A program made the translations under genes and the position numbers. Positions 37,914-50,214 of a stretch of 64,000 nucleotides of DNA are shown piece after piece. This DNA is from Camelus ferus (taxonomy: Eukaryota): NCBI RefSeq assembly GCF_009834535.1, contig NC_045696.1, positions 110,672,001-110,736,000 of the forward strand. The letters run 5' to 3'. Positions within the stretch are counted from its first letter, which is position 1. The number at the start of each line of letters is the position of its first letter. Below the pieces are notes generated by a model, which saw nothing but the letters and a program-made list of their open reading frames with translations, was not told the origin of the DNA and made no database searches.

Positions 37914-38725
37914 AGATGACATACAAATGGCCAACAGGTATATGAAAAGATGTCACTACCAGGGAAATGCAACTCAAAACCAAAAGGTATCACTTCACAC
38001 CTGTTAGGATGGCTATTATCAAAGAAACAAAAGACAACAAGTTTGGTGAGCATGTAGAGAAACTGGAACCCTTGTACACTGCTGATGGGAACGTCAAATG
38101 GTGCATACACTATGAAAAACAGTATGGAAGTTCCTCAAAAAATTAAAGAACAGAACTACCAGCAATCCAGCAATCAAACTTCTGAGTATTTATCCAAAAT
38201 AATGGAAATTAAGAGCTCAAAGAGATAGTACTCTCATATTCATTGCAGCAGTATTCATAATAGCCAAGATGTAGAAACAACCTAAATGTCCATCAACAAA
38301 TGAATGGATAAAGAAAATGCAGTATACACATACAATGGAATATTATTCAGCCTTAAAAATGATCAAAGTCTTTGCAAAATTTGACAATATGGATGAACCT
38401 TAAGGACATCATGCTAAGTGAAATAAGTCAATCATAAAAGGACAAGCCATTAATGATTCCACTTACATGAATTATCCTAAATAGTCAATTCAAAGAAGCA
38501 GAGAGTAAATGGTGGTTGCTAGGGGCTGAGGTGAGGGGAAAAATGAGGGTTGCTAATTAACGGGTATAAAGTTTCAGTTATGCGAGATGTTACTCATCTT
38601 CTAGAGTTCTAGAGATCTGCCGTACAGCACTGTGTCTATAATTAACAATGTATTGTTCACTTAAAAATCTATTAAGAGGGTAGATCTCACCTTAAATGTT
38701 TTTACCACAATAAAATACAATTTTA
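37914..38725 (+). mobile_element. L1 (L1MA/L1MB-like) 3' end
   Basis: acatacaaatggccaacaggtatatgaaaag...taagagggtagatctc...ttaccacaataaaa. Confidence 0.9.
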
Positions 38726-39284
38726 AGAATTTAAAAAGTAGACTATGTCCTGTCAGAAAAAATACTAATATTCCTGATGCAGATTATAATGCTAACAGAA
38801 AAATACAATGTAGGATTAAAGGATTCTCTGGGTATCAGTAGAAGTTCCTATGGCCAAAATCAGCACACCTGATAATTATCTCTCATACTTTAGGAAGCAG
38901 TAAGTGATGTTTGTATTTTACATCCAACCCTAAATAACAACAACCCAAAAAAGGCTAGTAAAATGGAAGTGCTCTTTGTGGGGGGAAAAAAAATCACTCC
39001 TCTATCTGAAAAGTTCACCTTCAGCCATGCTATATTTAGGCAAGGGTGTGCTGGAGAGAGACGGTGGGGAGGAACACTCATCTAAGTAGCCAAGTCAACC
39101 CCTCAGAAAAGATGGGATAATTCAATGCTATTAGTGCCGCACAACCTCAAAATGGAAATTAGGATAATGCTTTTCCATTTTGAACCTTCAGAAAAAATTA
39201 TCCTAAAATTGGGGAAGAAAGGTGACCCTAATTAAAAAATTATGGCATGTCCTGAAATTATGCAACAACCAGCTTTTACTGAGT

Positions 39285-39500
39285 AATCACGTGTTAATGA
39301 TGACACTTGGCATTCAGCAAGCATATCTCTATCTCACTTTGTCCCCATAACACCACCATGATACAGGTATGATGATCCCCATTTTATTGACAAGAAATTT
39401 AAGTATTAGAGAAATTTAATCACTTCTCCAAGGTCATAACAATTGATAAGTGACTGGGCCAGGCTTTTGAACTTAGCCTGCTTAACTCACACTATGTACT
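39285..39500 (-). mobile_element. MIR SINE
   Basis: atccccattttattgacaagaaattt...cacttctccaaggtcata. Confidence 0.75.
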
Positions 39501-40639
39501 TCAGCTAACCTGTAATACCTCCCCCTCAAATTTGGAAAATAAAAATAAAATTCATTCTGACCATGTAATTACAGACATCACTGGCAGCACATTCCTAGAT
39601 TAATTAAGAACTAGTTCCAATTATTATCTTTATCTGGAAGTACGATTAAGCATACATTGGAAAACAACTTTGAAACACAGAATTTCAAGTAGTGAAACAA
39701 ATTGCTATGTTCAACATAGAACAAAATTAAAAAAGGAAGCCTTCAAGGCTGAAATACTCTACCATGTAAAAAATAAACTTTTTAAATAAGCTTAAAAATC
39801 TTTTTTCAAACAAAGTGTTCAAAACAAACACATGACAACAGAAATTTGCTACTAATATATGATTTCAGGACAGTCTTTAAGGAGAGTTCAACAACAGAAA
39901 AACACTATTTTTTAAATTTGTTTTTTAGGGTAAATAAAGTTTATCCTAAGAAAAGCAACTCATTGAGAGAGAAAACTGTTCTAAAACTTACATGTATGTA
40001 CTGTTCACTGTTTCTAAGAACAGTTTAGAACTCTAGAAAAATACTATTTTTAACTTAGTAAGATCTGAGGCTGGGACCTACTTCCCAAGGGTGTAATATA
40101 AAAACCTCTCCAAAATTTCAAGTAAATCTATTTTACATATTCAGTAAAACCTCAACCACTCTGTGATAAGGTCATTTCATCTACTGAAGGAAATTGCTCT
40201 GGAAACTGCATTAACTCTTTCAAACCCTGAGGATACTTCTAGACGTACAGATAACTTACTAGCAGATAATGGTAATACACAAATATCAGAAAAATGCAGA
40301 AAAAATAGGACAAGAATTTTCTGTACATGACTATGTATCATTCGAAGTGAGAATTGGAACAGCTTCAAGAGAACCATTGGAAAATGAGTAACGGCAAGTC
40401 TAGGGCTTCTCCAGGTGCAGTGGTGGAGTGATGACTGAATCTGGGAAGATCCACCTGGAACACCCCTCTGTAGCACCGATACCAGATCTGCTATCCCGCA
40501 CACTAATCATGAACTAATGAAAAGCACAAGAAGCTAGTGTCAGTAATACACACACTGAAGTGCTTTTAATACTCCAGCTATCAAAAGGTAAAAAAGGTGA
40601 ATTTAAGAAACATTACTCACGGGCAAAGACAGACTAGTG

Positions 40640-40845
40640 ACAACTGCCATTTGCTGGCTGCATGACTCTGAACGGAAGTTTCTTAGCTTCTCAGAATCAC
40701 AGTTCATCTATAAAATTAGGGATGACAGTACCTGTCTCAAAGAGCTGTGGTGGGGACTAAGTGAGATAACTCGAATAAAGAGGTTAGTGTAATGTCTGGC
40801 TCAGATAAACACTCAAAAATATTAACTGCAATCATAATTATTACT
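40640..40845 (+). mobile_element. MIR SINE
   Basis: catctataaaattagggatgacagtacctgtctc...tgtctggctcagataaacactcaaaaatatta. Confidence 0.75.
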
Positions 40846-40988
40846 ACTGTTCTCTGAATATACTACCCCAGATGTGCAATAGTTCTTTTGAGCATTTCTA
40901 TTACAGCTTTCGTTTTCAGCTTCACTTACAGGCCCCTGTACTTCTTAAGGCATTTTGGGGAGAAAGTTATTATTTTATTACTTGGTCC

Positions 40989-41162
40989 GGGGGAAGGGTA
41001 TAGTTTAAGTGGAAGAGTGCATGCTTAGTATGCAGGAGGTCCTGGGTTCAATCTCCAGTATCTCTTCTAAAAACAAATCAAATAATAAATAAACAAACCT
41101 AATTACCCCCCAAATAAAAACAAAAAAAAAATTTTTTAATTTAAAAATAAATAAATAAATAA
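40989..41162 (+). mobile_element. tRNA-Ala-derived SINE (vic-1-like)
   Basis: gggggaagggtatagtttaagtggaagag...ggttcaatctcc, acctaattaccccc core, (TAAA)n tail. Confidence 0.9.
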
Positions 41163-43904
41163 TTTGATTCTAAGTCTTTTACTTCAACCCTTATACTATT
41201 CAGTGTACATCACCAATGTAGTTTCACCTAGAATTTCTACCTTCAAAAGTACAGCATTTGAGGGAAAAATACAGTATTTTAGTGATTTAATCAGTATTCA
41301 TAGTTTTTGCCCGCACACTCAAAAATAACTATACCAACATATATCTTAAACTGGGTGGACTACATGAGGGTGCTACTATTATTTTAATTCTTTGCAATTC
41401 AGCTTTCCTAAAATGTTTTTAAAAAGAAAAAACATAGAAAATAAGCCAAGATAACCACATTTTTAAAAAATTATCTTAAGTCAACTATAAGCTTATATTT
41501 CAACTTTATTCCTACCAAAAATACTATTATTTTGCAAGTCAATCTTATTTACTACATTTTAAATATCTGCCATTTAGACATTTGGAATTTCAATTATTAG
41601 AAATGTTTCTTTACATGAAACCAAGCTAATATTTTTAAATTCATGTTTGATGCCTACAAGTTATGGTTTCTAAAACTTTTGGAAAAAAGAACTTCCCTCC
41701 ATAAAAATATTTTAATCCTCATTCAGTACCTCTAAAAATGGTTCTAAAATTGTTGCTTATAGGCAAAAGTTCTTCAGTAATCATAATTCCCATTAAGAGT
41801 AATGAAAAATGTGCAGAATTTCTTGCATCAAGCAGGTAACATAGCCTAACAGTCATTTACAGGCACATTTTATAAATGAACTATCTAGCTAAAAAAGTAT
41901 AAAAATTATTGGATCAGATACTGGTAGCAGCTGTATGAATCACCAGCATTCGCCACCCTGCCAGTTGTAGAGGTGCTATCCAGATTAGCAGGAATTTATC
42001 TGTTCAAGCTAATTATTGATTAAATATCATCTCCTTCATTCCCACAGTAGTAGCCAAATTCTCAAAACCATACTTCTTTTTGATGAGAACCACCCAAGTT
42101 TGCACACCCTTTGTAACTAAGTCACATTGGAAGTGTCTCTTAATTTTTGCACATTGGCTTCACTATTCATTCTACATCCTAATATTACACCACCACCAGA
42201 GCTTTTCTGCAACTTCTCAACTTGTTCTTTAAAAAGAACTGTACTAAGGGTTAAAAAGTCAAATTCAAAGCAACACAGGCATTTTGGCTAGATTCATCTT
42301 TTTCAGTGAGATCCCTTGCTTCATGCTTTCGAATAACTCTTAAATGTTCTCACATTCTCTAATCTATTACTGGCAGCAAAACTTGCAATCCATTTAAGAT
42401 CATTTATGGATAAAATAAGAATGATCTTTTGGATGACATGATTTTGACACAAAATTGCAGTATTTGAGAGTCCACTGATTAAACAGATACCTAGAACAAA
42501 AAGCAGGATGAAAGGACTCGACACTACAGGCACCCAAGCACATTACAGCCAGGCTATAAGCAAAAGAATTTGCACACACAGCAAAATTGTGTATGTGCAT
42601 GGCTTGTGTTAAGTAAAAACTCAAACGGAGCACTTATTTAGCCAGTGATGAATGAGTATACTCAGAAAAATAATACACTAGTGAATGAATGAATTGGCTT
42701 TAATCATGGCTATTTGCCTCCAAAGCATATATTTTTCATAACCAAGTGGAAGTGATTTTTATACAAATATGACAACTTCGAGAGCAGATAAGATACTACT
42801 TTTTCAACTTTGAATCTGTACGATGAAAGAATTTGTTCTTTCATCATTAAATCTGCCCTCAAGTAATAAATTTAAGGCATGAACTTGTCTTGAAATGCAT
42901 CAAAAATAAGATGGATAGAGATGTGATGAAGAAATACAGTAAACTGTTAATGTGAAAATCTTGGAGGCGAGTGTACGGGTGTGTAATATAAAGTTCCTTC
43001 AACTTGGTTGCGGGGGAAAACTGCATTTGCTTTTATTTTCTAACCACTCTCTCACATTTTTTCTGCTACATTGTGAAGCTACACCTGAAAATATGATAAG
43101 ATATTCACATAACAGAAACTGATTTACGAACTTGATACTTCCTCATGTATCTATACACTACTGAAAATGCAGAGGGAAGGAGAACCATTGCTAAGGCAAA
43201 AACTAATCCTGAGTAATGACTGAAGAGAGAATCCCTTATTACTGGCTTCTTAAGACCTAGTTTGACTTGTAAGTGGATTCAAAACCTGAATAAATTATGT
43301 CACTAAGTTAGTATAGTTTCAAATAAAAGGTAAAAAAAATAAATGGTTAACAGAACATTAATTTTTACCCAGATTAAAAAGCTACAACTAGAATGCCTTA
43401 GAATGTGCTGTGTATGAGAGAAAATGGGTATGAACTTTAGCCCTCTTCTTTAATTTTTAATTTTCATCTTTTAATATATAACTCAAGTATAGGCAAAAGC
43501 ATTTCCTTCTAAATAAACAACAATCAGGAACATGTAATGTATATGACACCCCCCACACAGGGATCTTTAAATAGCTACAAAATAGATCACAAAGGTTTAG
43601 TACACCCTACCTTAGCTTTCTTAACTTGTTGAAGAACCCGGTAACTCTAGAGAAATGTGTTGTTAAAGAAAGCCAGTAGTAATACCAAATTTCAGCTGAC
43701 AATCATATCTCCAAGTAATTGCCCCAAAGTTATAATACTGAAACCTTTACATTGCCTGCCACATCAAAATGAACTTTCACATACTTCCGCCACCACAGGG
43801 TAGCGCAAAAAATCTAAGATCCCATTCTCTTTAAAAATTCCATTCCTTTCCAATTAGAAACTGAATATATATTCATGAAATAAAAGGGCAAGAGAAATTC
43901 AAAA

Positions 43905-43997
43905 ACAATCCCCAGTACTTCCATTAAAAAAATAGAAAACTGAATGAATAAACCTAATTACCCTCCTCCCAAAAAGAACCATAAATAAATAAGTAAA
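43905..43997 (+). mobile_element. tRNA-derived SINE (vic-1-like), strongly 5'-truncated
   Basis: caatccccagtacttcc + aataaacctaattaccctcc core + taaa tail, matching the 3' half of the other copies. Confidence 0.8.
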
Positions 43998-46938
43998 GCA
44001 ACCTCCTAAATCTGAAGAACATTTACCATGATCTCAGTGCGGGGAAAAGCAAGCATACATACTACAGCCGTTACTTTGGTTGGTCTTTTCTTTTCAATGC
44101 AAATCAAATATTGAAAAAGATACCTATCTCTTCAAATTTTAGAGTCCATCTGAGGGAATAATTCTTATTTCTCACAAAACAAACCTCTATCTGATGTAAA
44201 AAGAAAAAATATTATTTTTTTCCAGGAAATACACATGGTTAGGACTCTTCCCTTTTCAAAACTTAAAAAATACCTTGAAATATTCACTTGGGGAAAAAGA
44301 AAAACCTAAGAAATGTGTTCTCTCAAGCAATTCTGTGAAATCTGTGGTATTGATCATTTACATATTTTTAGTTCGTATACTTTCTTAAAACTTTTTAGAC
44401 ATAATTTCTATTTCATTTTCTCTTTGAGTCTAATGTAGTTCATGCAAGAACAAAATGTAATGCTGCTCAATAAACTGTTCTTCAGCTCATAGGAACTTAA
44501 TAATCTTGCTCTGTTATGCTAAGTAGACCCTAATGGTAAAAGAGATTTTCAATTGCCACATTTTAACTTGTTTTTCTTATCATTATAGTAAATGCAAAAT
44601 GGGGGACTAAATTTCCTAAACAAGTAACAAATATAACTTGAAAAAAGTTTTACAGTAAGCATCTTAATATCCAAACCTTGTTCTCTTTATAATAGTAAGT
44701 TTCAAAAACCAAAGGGTTTAAGTGGCTACAATTTCCCTTTCTTTTACCCAATACAAAATAGCAACAACATGTAGGCTTCTAGCTTGGCTCTTTCAGAAAT
44801 ATCCCTATTCCTAAGTCTGCCATAATGCTCCACAGTTTATAGAAAACTCCCAAATCTACCAGTTAACTTAAAAAAGGAAAATTTCACTTTTAAAATCAAA
44901 CCCAGCAGCTGGTAAGTTTGGGGAGGGAAATGGCTTTTCTACTCTAAGATTTGATAAACATCAAATACATTCTGTATCTTGACGAAGTCTGAGGGAGAGC
45001 GAAACCCTATAGCACTAGTGTAAATAGACTTGCTGCTATTTTATTAATTTTAAGTACTTAAATCACAGAAAAAGGGGGAATTTATATGTGATGCAAAGCT
45101 CAAAGGCACCTGTGTGAATAGAACTGGTTGAGGAATGGAGCCAAATTAGTCAAATTCTTATTTCAACTGTAACTTAGTATCTATTGAGAACCAGACTCCA
45201 CCAGCAACCTTTTTACAAACTTAATAAAGCCAGTATTGTTTCACTCCACCTAAGCAACCACCTTTTATTTGTGGATAAAGTTAATTCTTATAACTCATGC
45301 TTCCCATGATTCCGTAACTTTTTCCCTGATAACATTCACACATCTTAGACTATATACTGCCACTTTAGAAAAAGAGGAATATCCATTACCTCCCAGTGGA
45401 ATACAAATGGGGGTATTTTCCATGAACTGCACTAAAGCTTTACATTCCTCTCTCTTAATAACCCCCTGACTCTTCTTTTCCTCCCTTAATGTTCTACTTC
45501 CTGTTTTCAAACTAGTAGTATAAAGTAGTATCTTCTAAACAAGGATGGGCTTATATTCCATTGTAATACTAATAGCAAAAGCAAAGTTTGAGATATAGCT
45601 GCTTAAACATGATCTCACATTATATTTAAAATGCTAACAAGGTCTTACCTTATATTCTAAACTATGTCACACAGTAAAGCACTTTCCAAAGAATAGTGAA
45701 ATCAAGTCTTTTTAGGACACCCAATCACTGACAAGTAGTTTTCTAAAGTTTCTTTCTTTCTTTGTTTAAGACAAGTACTGTTTCATATTCCCATAAACTC
45801 AGAGAGTACTAGTAATGAACCTGACCTCTGTGAGTAATTTCCTCAAACTCTGCAGACAGTACTTTCAAACCTAGAAATCTACCAGATCCATAAAGTGAGA
45901 ACGAAAACACAGTAAGGCAATCTTCAGGACAGGTCCTGAAGAAACAGTCTGAAATTTAACTGTTTCCCAAAGACACTACACTCCAAGACGCTCAAAATAA
46001 CCCTACAGTATAAAGTCCCTCACGGTGTGGCAACAGCATCAGGAAGAGGGGAATCAGGGCTGGGTCAAAGGGAAGAGCAGAGAGGGAAACAGCACTTACT
46101 ACTTCGGGAAACCATCGCCACATTTCGGAGAGATTTTAAATTTTCCACCCTAAGCAAGTGACAAAGGAATCAATCTCAGACTAGAATGGTTATCTTAACA
46201 GCCTACAACATGGACACAATTTAAGGGAAGGCACACTTCCTAAGTGTACCAAGTCAAATCCGCGTTTAACAGCCACTTCACTGAGCATCTAAGTCCTATT
46301 TCACCGATTCCAAAGGCCGCATTCAGGAACAAAATCAGCAGCGGAAGAAAGGCCAGTGTGAATAAGCTACCCTGCAGGAAGGAAAAGCCCCGGGGAAAAA
46401 CTTGATTTTGGAAAAGGGAGGGGCTAGAGAAGAAACAGACGCGGGTACTCCCCATTTCCTAATAAAACGAAACAAAGCTAAGCGAATAAAGTCCAAATCT
46501 ACGCGGGACATGGGAGGAAGGAGGGTCGCTGACCCAAGGAAACAAGAGCTGCCGGCACGCCGCAGGAAGAGTGCTCAGACTAGGAGGCTAGAAGGGAATC
46601 CCGAGGGCGGAGCCCAGAGAGGAATAAGGGGTGTGTGGGGCAAGGATGTGCGGAGGAGTGGGGGGACCGTGGTGAACGGAAAACAAGGCAAAAAGAAGGT
46701 GGGGCTGAACAAGGTAGGGCTCTGGACGAATGTCACTCAGCCGGAAGGGACGGAGGGGTCCAAGGAGAAGAACCAGACCAGCAGCCTGGGGGGAGGGTAA
46801 GCTGCTTTCCTTAACTGCTGGAGGCTGTGGCGGCCAAGACACCACCCCTCTTTTTCCCTGTCCTTCGTCCCCCAAGTCCCCGCGGGGTGGCGACGGATTA
46901 AAGCGGAGCCCCAGGGTCCGATGCACGTAGTGGTTTAC

Positions 46939-47200
46939 CTTCGTGGGAGGCTGGAGAGGCTCCAGCCCGAGCTCCTCCTGCAGCCGGCTCAGCGTCCAGA
47001 GTGGGATGAGGCGCCCTCCACCTCCTCTCCCTCACCACTTCCCCTTTTCCCCGGCGGGGCCCTGTAGCTCCGCTGCCGCGGGTTTCTGGTGCCGCGGCGG
47101 CGCTGCCTCCCCGCCTCCTCCGCCTCCTCCCTCTGCCTCTCAGAGGCTCGCTCTGGAGGCCGCCATCTTCGCTCAGGCTTTGAGCGACCGCGCTCCACTA
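46939..47200 (-). other. DNAJC13: DNAJC13 exon 1 (5' UTR, non-coding); 5' boundary approximate
   Basis: GC-rich segment inside the CpG island ending in donor GAAG|GTAAAC (GT at 46938-46937). Exon 2 has only 13 nt of UTR after an acceptor, so an upstream exon is required. Confidence 0.8.
47140..47166 (-). other. Upstream ORF in exon 1 (MAASRASL*)
   Basis: aagATGGCGGCCTCCAGAGCGAGCCTCTGA on the minus strand, with A at -3 and G at +4. Relevant only if the TSS lies upstream of 47166. Confidence 0.5.
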
Positions 47201-47849
47201 CGCCTGCGTCGCCCCCGCCCAGGCCGTCACGAGACCCGGTCAGCTGATTTCTACTCTTCCGCCTTCAGCCCCGCCCGCTCGCATGTGTTTCCCCGCCCTC
47301 CCCGCCCTATTCGTCCCCTTCCCTGGAAATTCCGCGTTCCGCCGGCCGGTCCGCCCGCCCCTCTCCCTCAACGCAGCTACACATGCGCAGAATCACGAGG
47401 TGGCTGTGGGGTCCGGAGTCCACGCAGCAGCGCTTGAAGGAAACCCGACCCTCTGCGCGTGCTGAGAAGGCCACGCCCCAGGCGCGCGCGTTTGGGAGGC
47501 CACGCCCCTCTGGCCGGGTCTCCCAGGGCAACGCCCCTGGCGTGTGGCTCTGAGACCCGTGGGTGGTCGTTGTGCGGTGCGGGTGTTGCTCACTTAATCC
47601 CCTGAAGTCCTGTTTTAAAGCGTTTACCCAGTCTGGCCCTTGACTTCAAGTGCCATGGAGTATCCGCGAGGCAGTGAGAAGCCTCAGCCTACCGCCCGGT
47701 TTGGCAGGATTGCGAGCCAGCGGGTTCACTTGCTTTTGCTAACCCAGAAGGTAGCTGAAAAGGGTTTAAATTTCGGTTGATTTGGGAGGTGGCAGAGACT
47801 AAAGCTTTGGACATGCCTACGGCATTTGGCCGGTGGGAATGCCAGAAAA

Positions 47850-48030
47850 AAAATACTGATAGCTCACATTTATTGTCTACTCATCACGTGTCAATGGGTT
47901 TACTTAGTTAATCCTATACTCTGTGAAGTAGGAATTATCCTTTTTTCAGATAAACTGAGGGCCCCTCCCCACAGTAGTGGACTTGGTGCTTGAGTCCAAG
48001 AATCTGACTGCAGAGCCTGTGCCCTGGGTA
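47850..48030 (-). mobile_element. MIR SINE
   Basis: atagctcacatttattg...ttaatcctatactctgtgaagtagg...cagataaactgagg. Confidence 0.7.
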
Positions 48031-48525
48031 CCATCTCCCTGAACATACATGGAAGCTGGGGGAGGGGAATCAGGTTAGAGAAAGAGGTGACAGTATGTGT
48101 CATCTGTGGGTAAAGGTTTGGTTAAAGAAGTTCAGGCTCCACTCTCAGACCTGAACTCTCAAGATTATAGAGTTCAAGAGTAAGTGATTCTGCTACAAAT
48201 GTCAAAAGAGGGGTGGTGTAGGGTGGCCTGCATGGATATTTTATGAGGGTCAAAGGTCTCTGATAAGAGATTTAATACTCTGCAGAGCAATCTGGAAATA
48301 GTGTTTTCTTTGGAATTCCTTTCAGTGGTTGGCTCGTTTTTTAAGAGATGGCAATTTCAGGATGAAAAACGTAGGCAATGGCTCTTACACATTTTTGCTT
48401 CCTGACCCTTGACCCATTGCCTTACCTCGGGACAGAAAAAGACTGCATTTACCCTTACAGTAGACTTTACTGTATTGCAGCAATAAGGAAAGATGCATTG
48501 AAGGGGTGGGACCAGGAAAAAATTT

Positions 48526-49157
48526 TGTTGCCCAAAGAAACTTGGGTCCACTTACCTGCGCAAAAAAATTCCGATCTACTGACAGTAGGTTGTGGTGAAA
48601 GAAAGTGCAGCGTTTATTGTAGGTGCCAAGCAAGAAATGTGGCAGCTAATGCTCAAAGACCCAGACTCCCCAGTGGCTTTCAGGGAAGGATTTTCAAAGA
48701 CAAGGTGAGGGAGAAGGTTGTAGGGTGTGTGATCAGCTCCTGGACATTCCTTTGGTTCGTTGGTGGTGCAGTAATCCGGAGTCAACATCATCAACCTTCT
48801 GGTTCCAGCCTGTCTGGGATCTACATGCTGGTGGGCAGCATACAATTAACTTCTTTCACCTGGTGTGGGTTTCAATATCTGCAAAACACTTAGAAGAGAA
48901 TAAGGCTCAGAATATTATGTATAGTCCTTAAGGAGGAACTAAAGATCCTTAAATTTGTTTAATGGCTAAACTATTTTGTCTTAGTTGACTGTTTCTCTTT
49001 GTTTCTGTGTTTTCTCACGTCTCTGATAAAATGTATTCTTTGGAACTCGGGGAAGGCCTAGGTGGCTAAAGTTTTTCTATAAACAAGAGGCAGGAGGAGG
49101 ACATACGGGTGAGAGGGCTGTCCCAGGAAAGCCTCATAGCGTCCCACCCCTGCTGCA
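48526..49157 (-). mobile_element. Solo LTR (MER21-like ERV LTR), copy A
   Basis: Starts TGTT; gtttattg (AATAAA on the minus strand); colinear with 52406-53054 (ttgtggtgaa.gaaagt.cagc.tttattg, gcagctaatgctc, accttctggttcca). Confidence 0.75.
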
Positions 49158-49651
49158 ACTGAGCAGGACCCTAAATAAGAGTCAAAAGGGGTGAGAAAGA
49201 AAAAAAAAATAGGAAGGCTGAGTTAAGGGGCCTTCTTGGCTTATCCTATGGAAACAGAAACTTGTGTTTATGTAACATCTTGTAAGTTGCAAAGCCTTTC
49301 AGTATTTCCAGAAGTAGGTGCAGGGTGTATTATTTTTACTTTAGAGGGAGCAAACCCAGAGAATCCAAGAGATTTGCCCAAGGTGACCTAAATCCTCAAA
49401 GCTGAGCTGAGATTTAGTTACAGGACTTGCAATATCAAGGTTAGTGAACTATTAAACTTCCACACTACCTCTATGTTCAATATTTGGTGTAAATAAAATC
49501 TGTATTTAGAGCTAGGAAGAGCCTCAGGCATCATGAGCGGCTCCCACAACCCCCGCTCCATCCCATATGGTGGAAGATTTCCTGTCTCCCAAGACATTTT
49601 TTTTTTCACTGCAGTTTTAGAAACTACTTTCTTTCTATTCAGACAACTTTC

Positions 49652-50214
49652 TTTTTTGTTTTTGTTTTTTAATTAAAGTATAGTCAGTTTACAATTTTGT
49701 GTCAATTTCTGGTGTACAGCATAATAGTTCAGTCATACATATACATATATATATTCTTTTCATATTCTGTCATTATAGGTTAATACAAGATATTGAATAT
49801 ACTTCCCTGTGCTATACAGTATAAACTTGTTGTTTGTCTATTTTAAATATAGTGATTAGTATCTGCAAATCTCGAACTCCCAATTTATCCCTTCCCGCCC
49901 CCTTCCCACCCTGGTACTCATAAGTTTATTTTCTATGTTGATGAGTCTGTTTCTGTTTTGTAAATATGTTCATTTGTCTTTTTTTTTTAGATTCCACATA
50001 TAAGTGATATCATACGATATTTTTCGTTCTCTTGCTGGCTTACTTCACTATGAATGATGGTCTCCAGTTCCATCCATGTTGCTGCAAATGGCATTATTTT
50101 AATCTTTTCTATGGTTGAGTAGTATTCCATTGTATAAATATACCACAACTTCTTTATGTAGTCATCTATGGATAGACATTTAGGTTATTTCCATGTCTTG
50201 GCTATTGTAAATAG
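49652..50214 (-). mobile_element. 5'-truncated lineage-specific L1 3' end with TSD
   Basis: TSD ttcagacaactttc (49638-49651) / ttcagccaactttc (50215-50228), one mismatch; T-rich tail then L1 3'UTR. Confidence 0.9.

Larger units (their letters stand above)
1471..47200 (-). other. DNAJC13: DNAJC13 (RME-8) gene, 5' portion (exons 1-16); continues beyond the left edge of the window
   Basis: 15 coding exons splice in frame (cumulative 68,144,294,336,537,744,840,932,1099,1179,1349,1449,1557,1713,1770 nt). They give [28 protein letters not shown]...GAGLVMKAIIE, recognised as the DNAJC13 N-terminus. TSS position is approximate. Confidence 0.97.
46250..47730. promoter_or_regulatory. CpG island / TATA-less housekeeping promoter of DNAJC13
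   Basis: Sharp rise in GC and CpG against an AT-rich background. Contains several CCCGCCC GC boxes (~47213-47310), YY1 motif CGCCATCTT (47161-47169), NRF1-like CATGCGCA (~47380-47389), kB-like GGAAATTCC (47325-47333) and KLF/SP boxes (47469-47537). Confidence 0.9.

Noticed and set aside
43611..43646. 36-nt cryptic exon in intron 1 (CTAG|...AAG|GTAGGG)
   Set aside because: Short pyrimidine tract, no ATG and no other support; such pseudo-exons are common in long introns.
46939..47166. Exon 1 ATG as an N-terminal extension of DNAJC13
   Set aside because: The frame stops after 8 codons (TGA at 47142-47140).
46402..47593. Several overlapping ORFs of 60-164 aa around the promoter
   Set aside because: Low-complexity Pro/Arg/Gly-rich frames expected from stop-poor CpG-island DNA; no recognisable homology.
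48378..48893. 171-aa ORF upstream of the promoter
   Set aside because: Runs from unique DNA into an LTR; no recognisable protein features.
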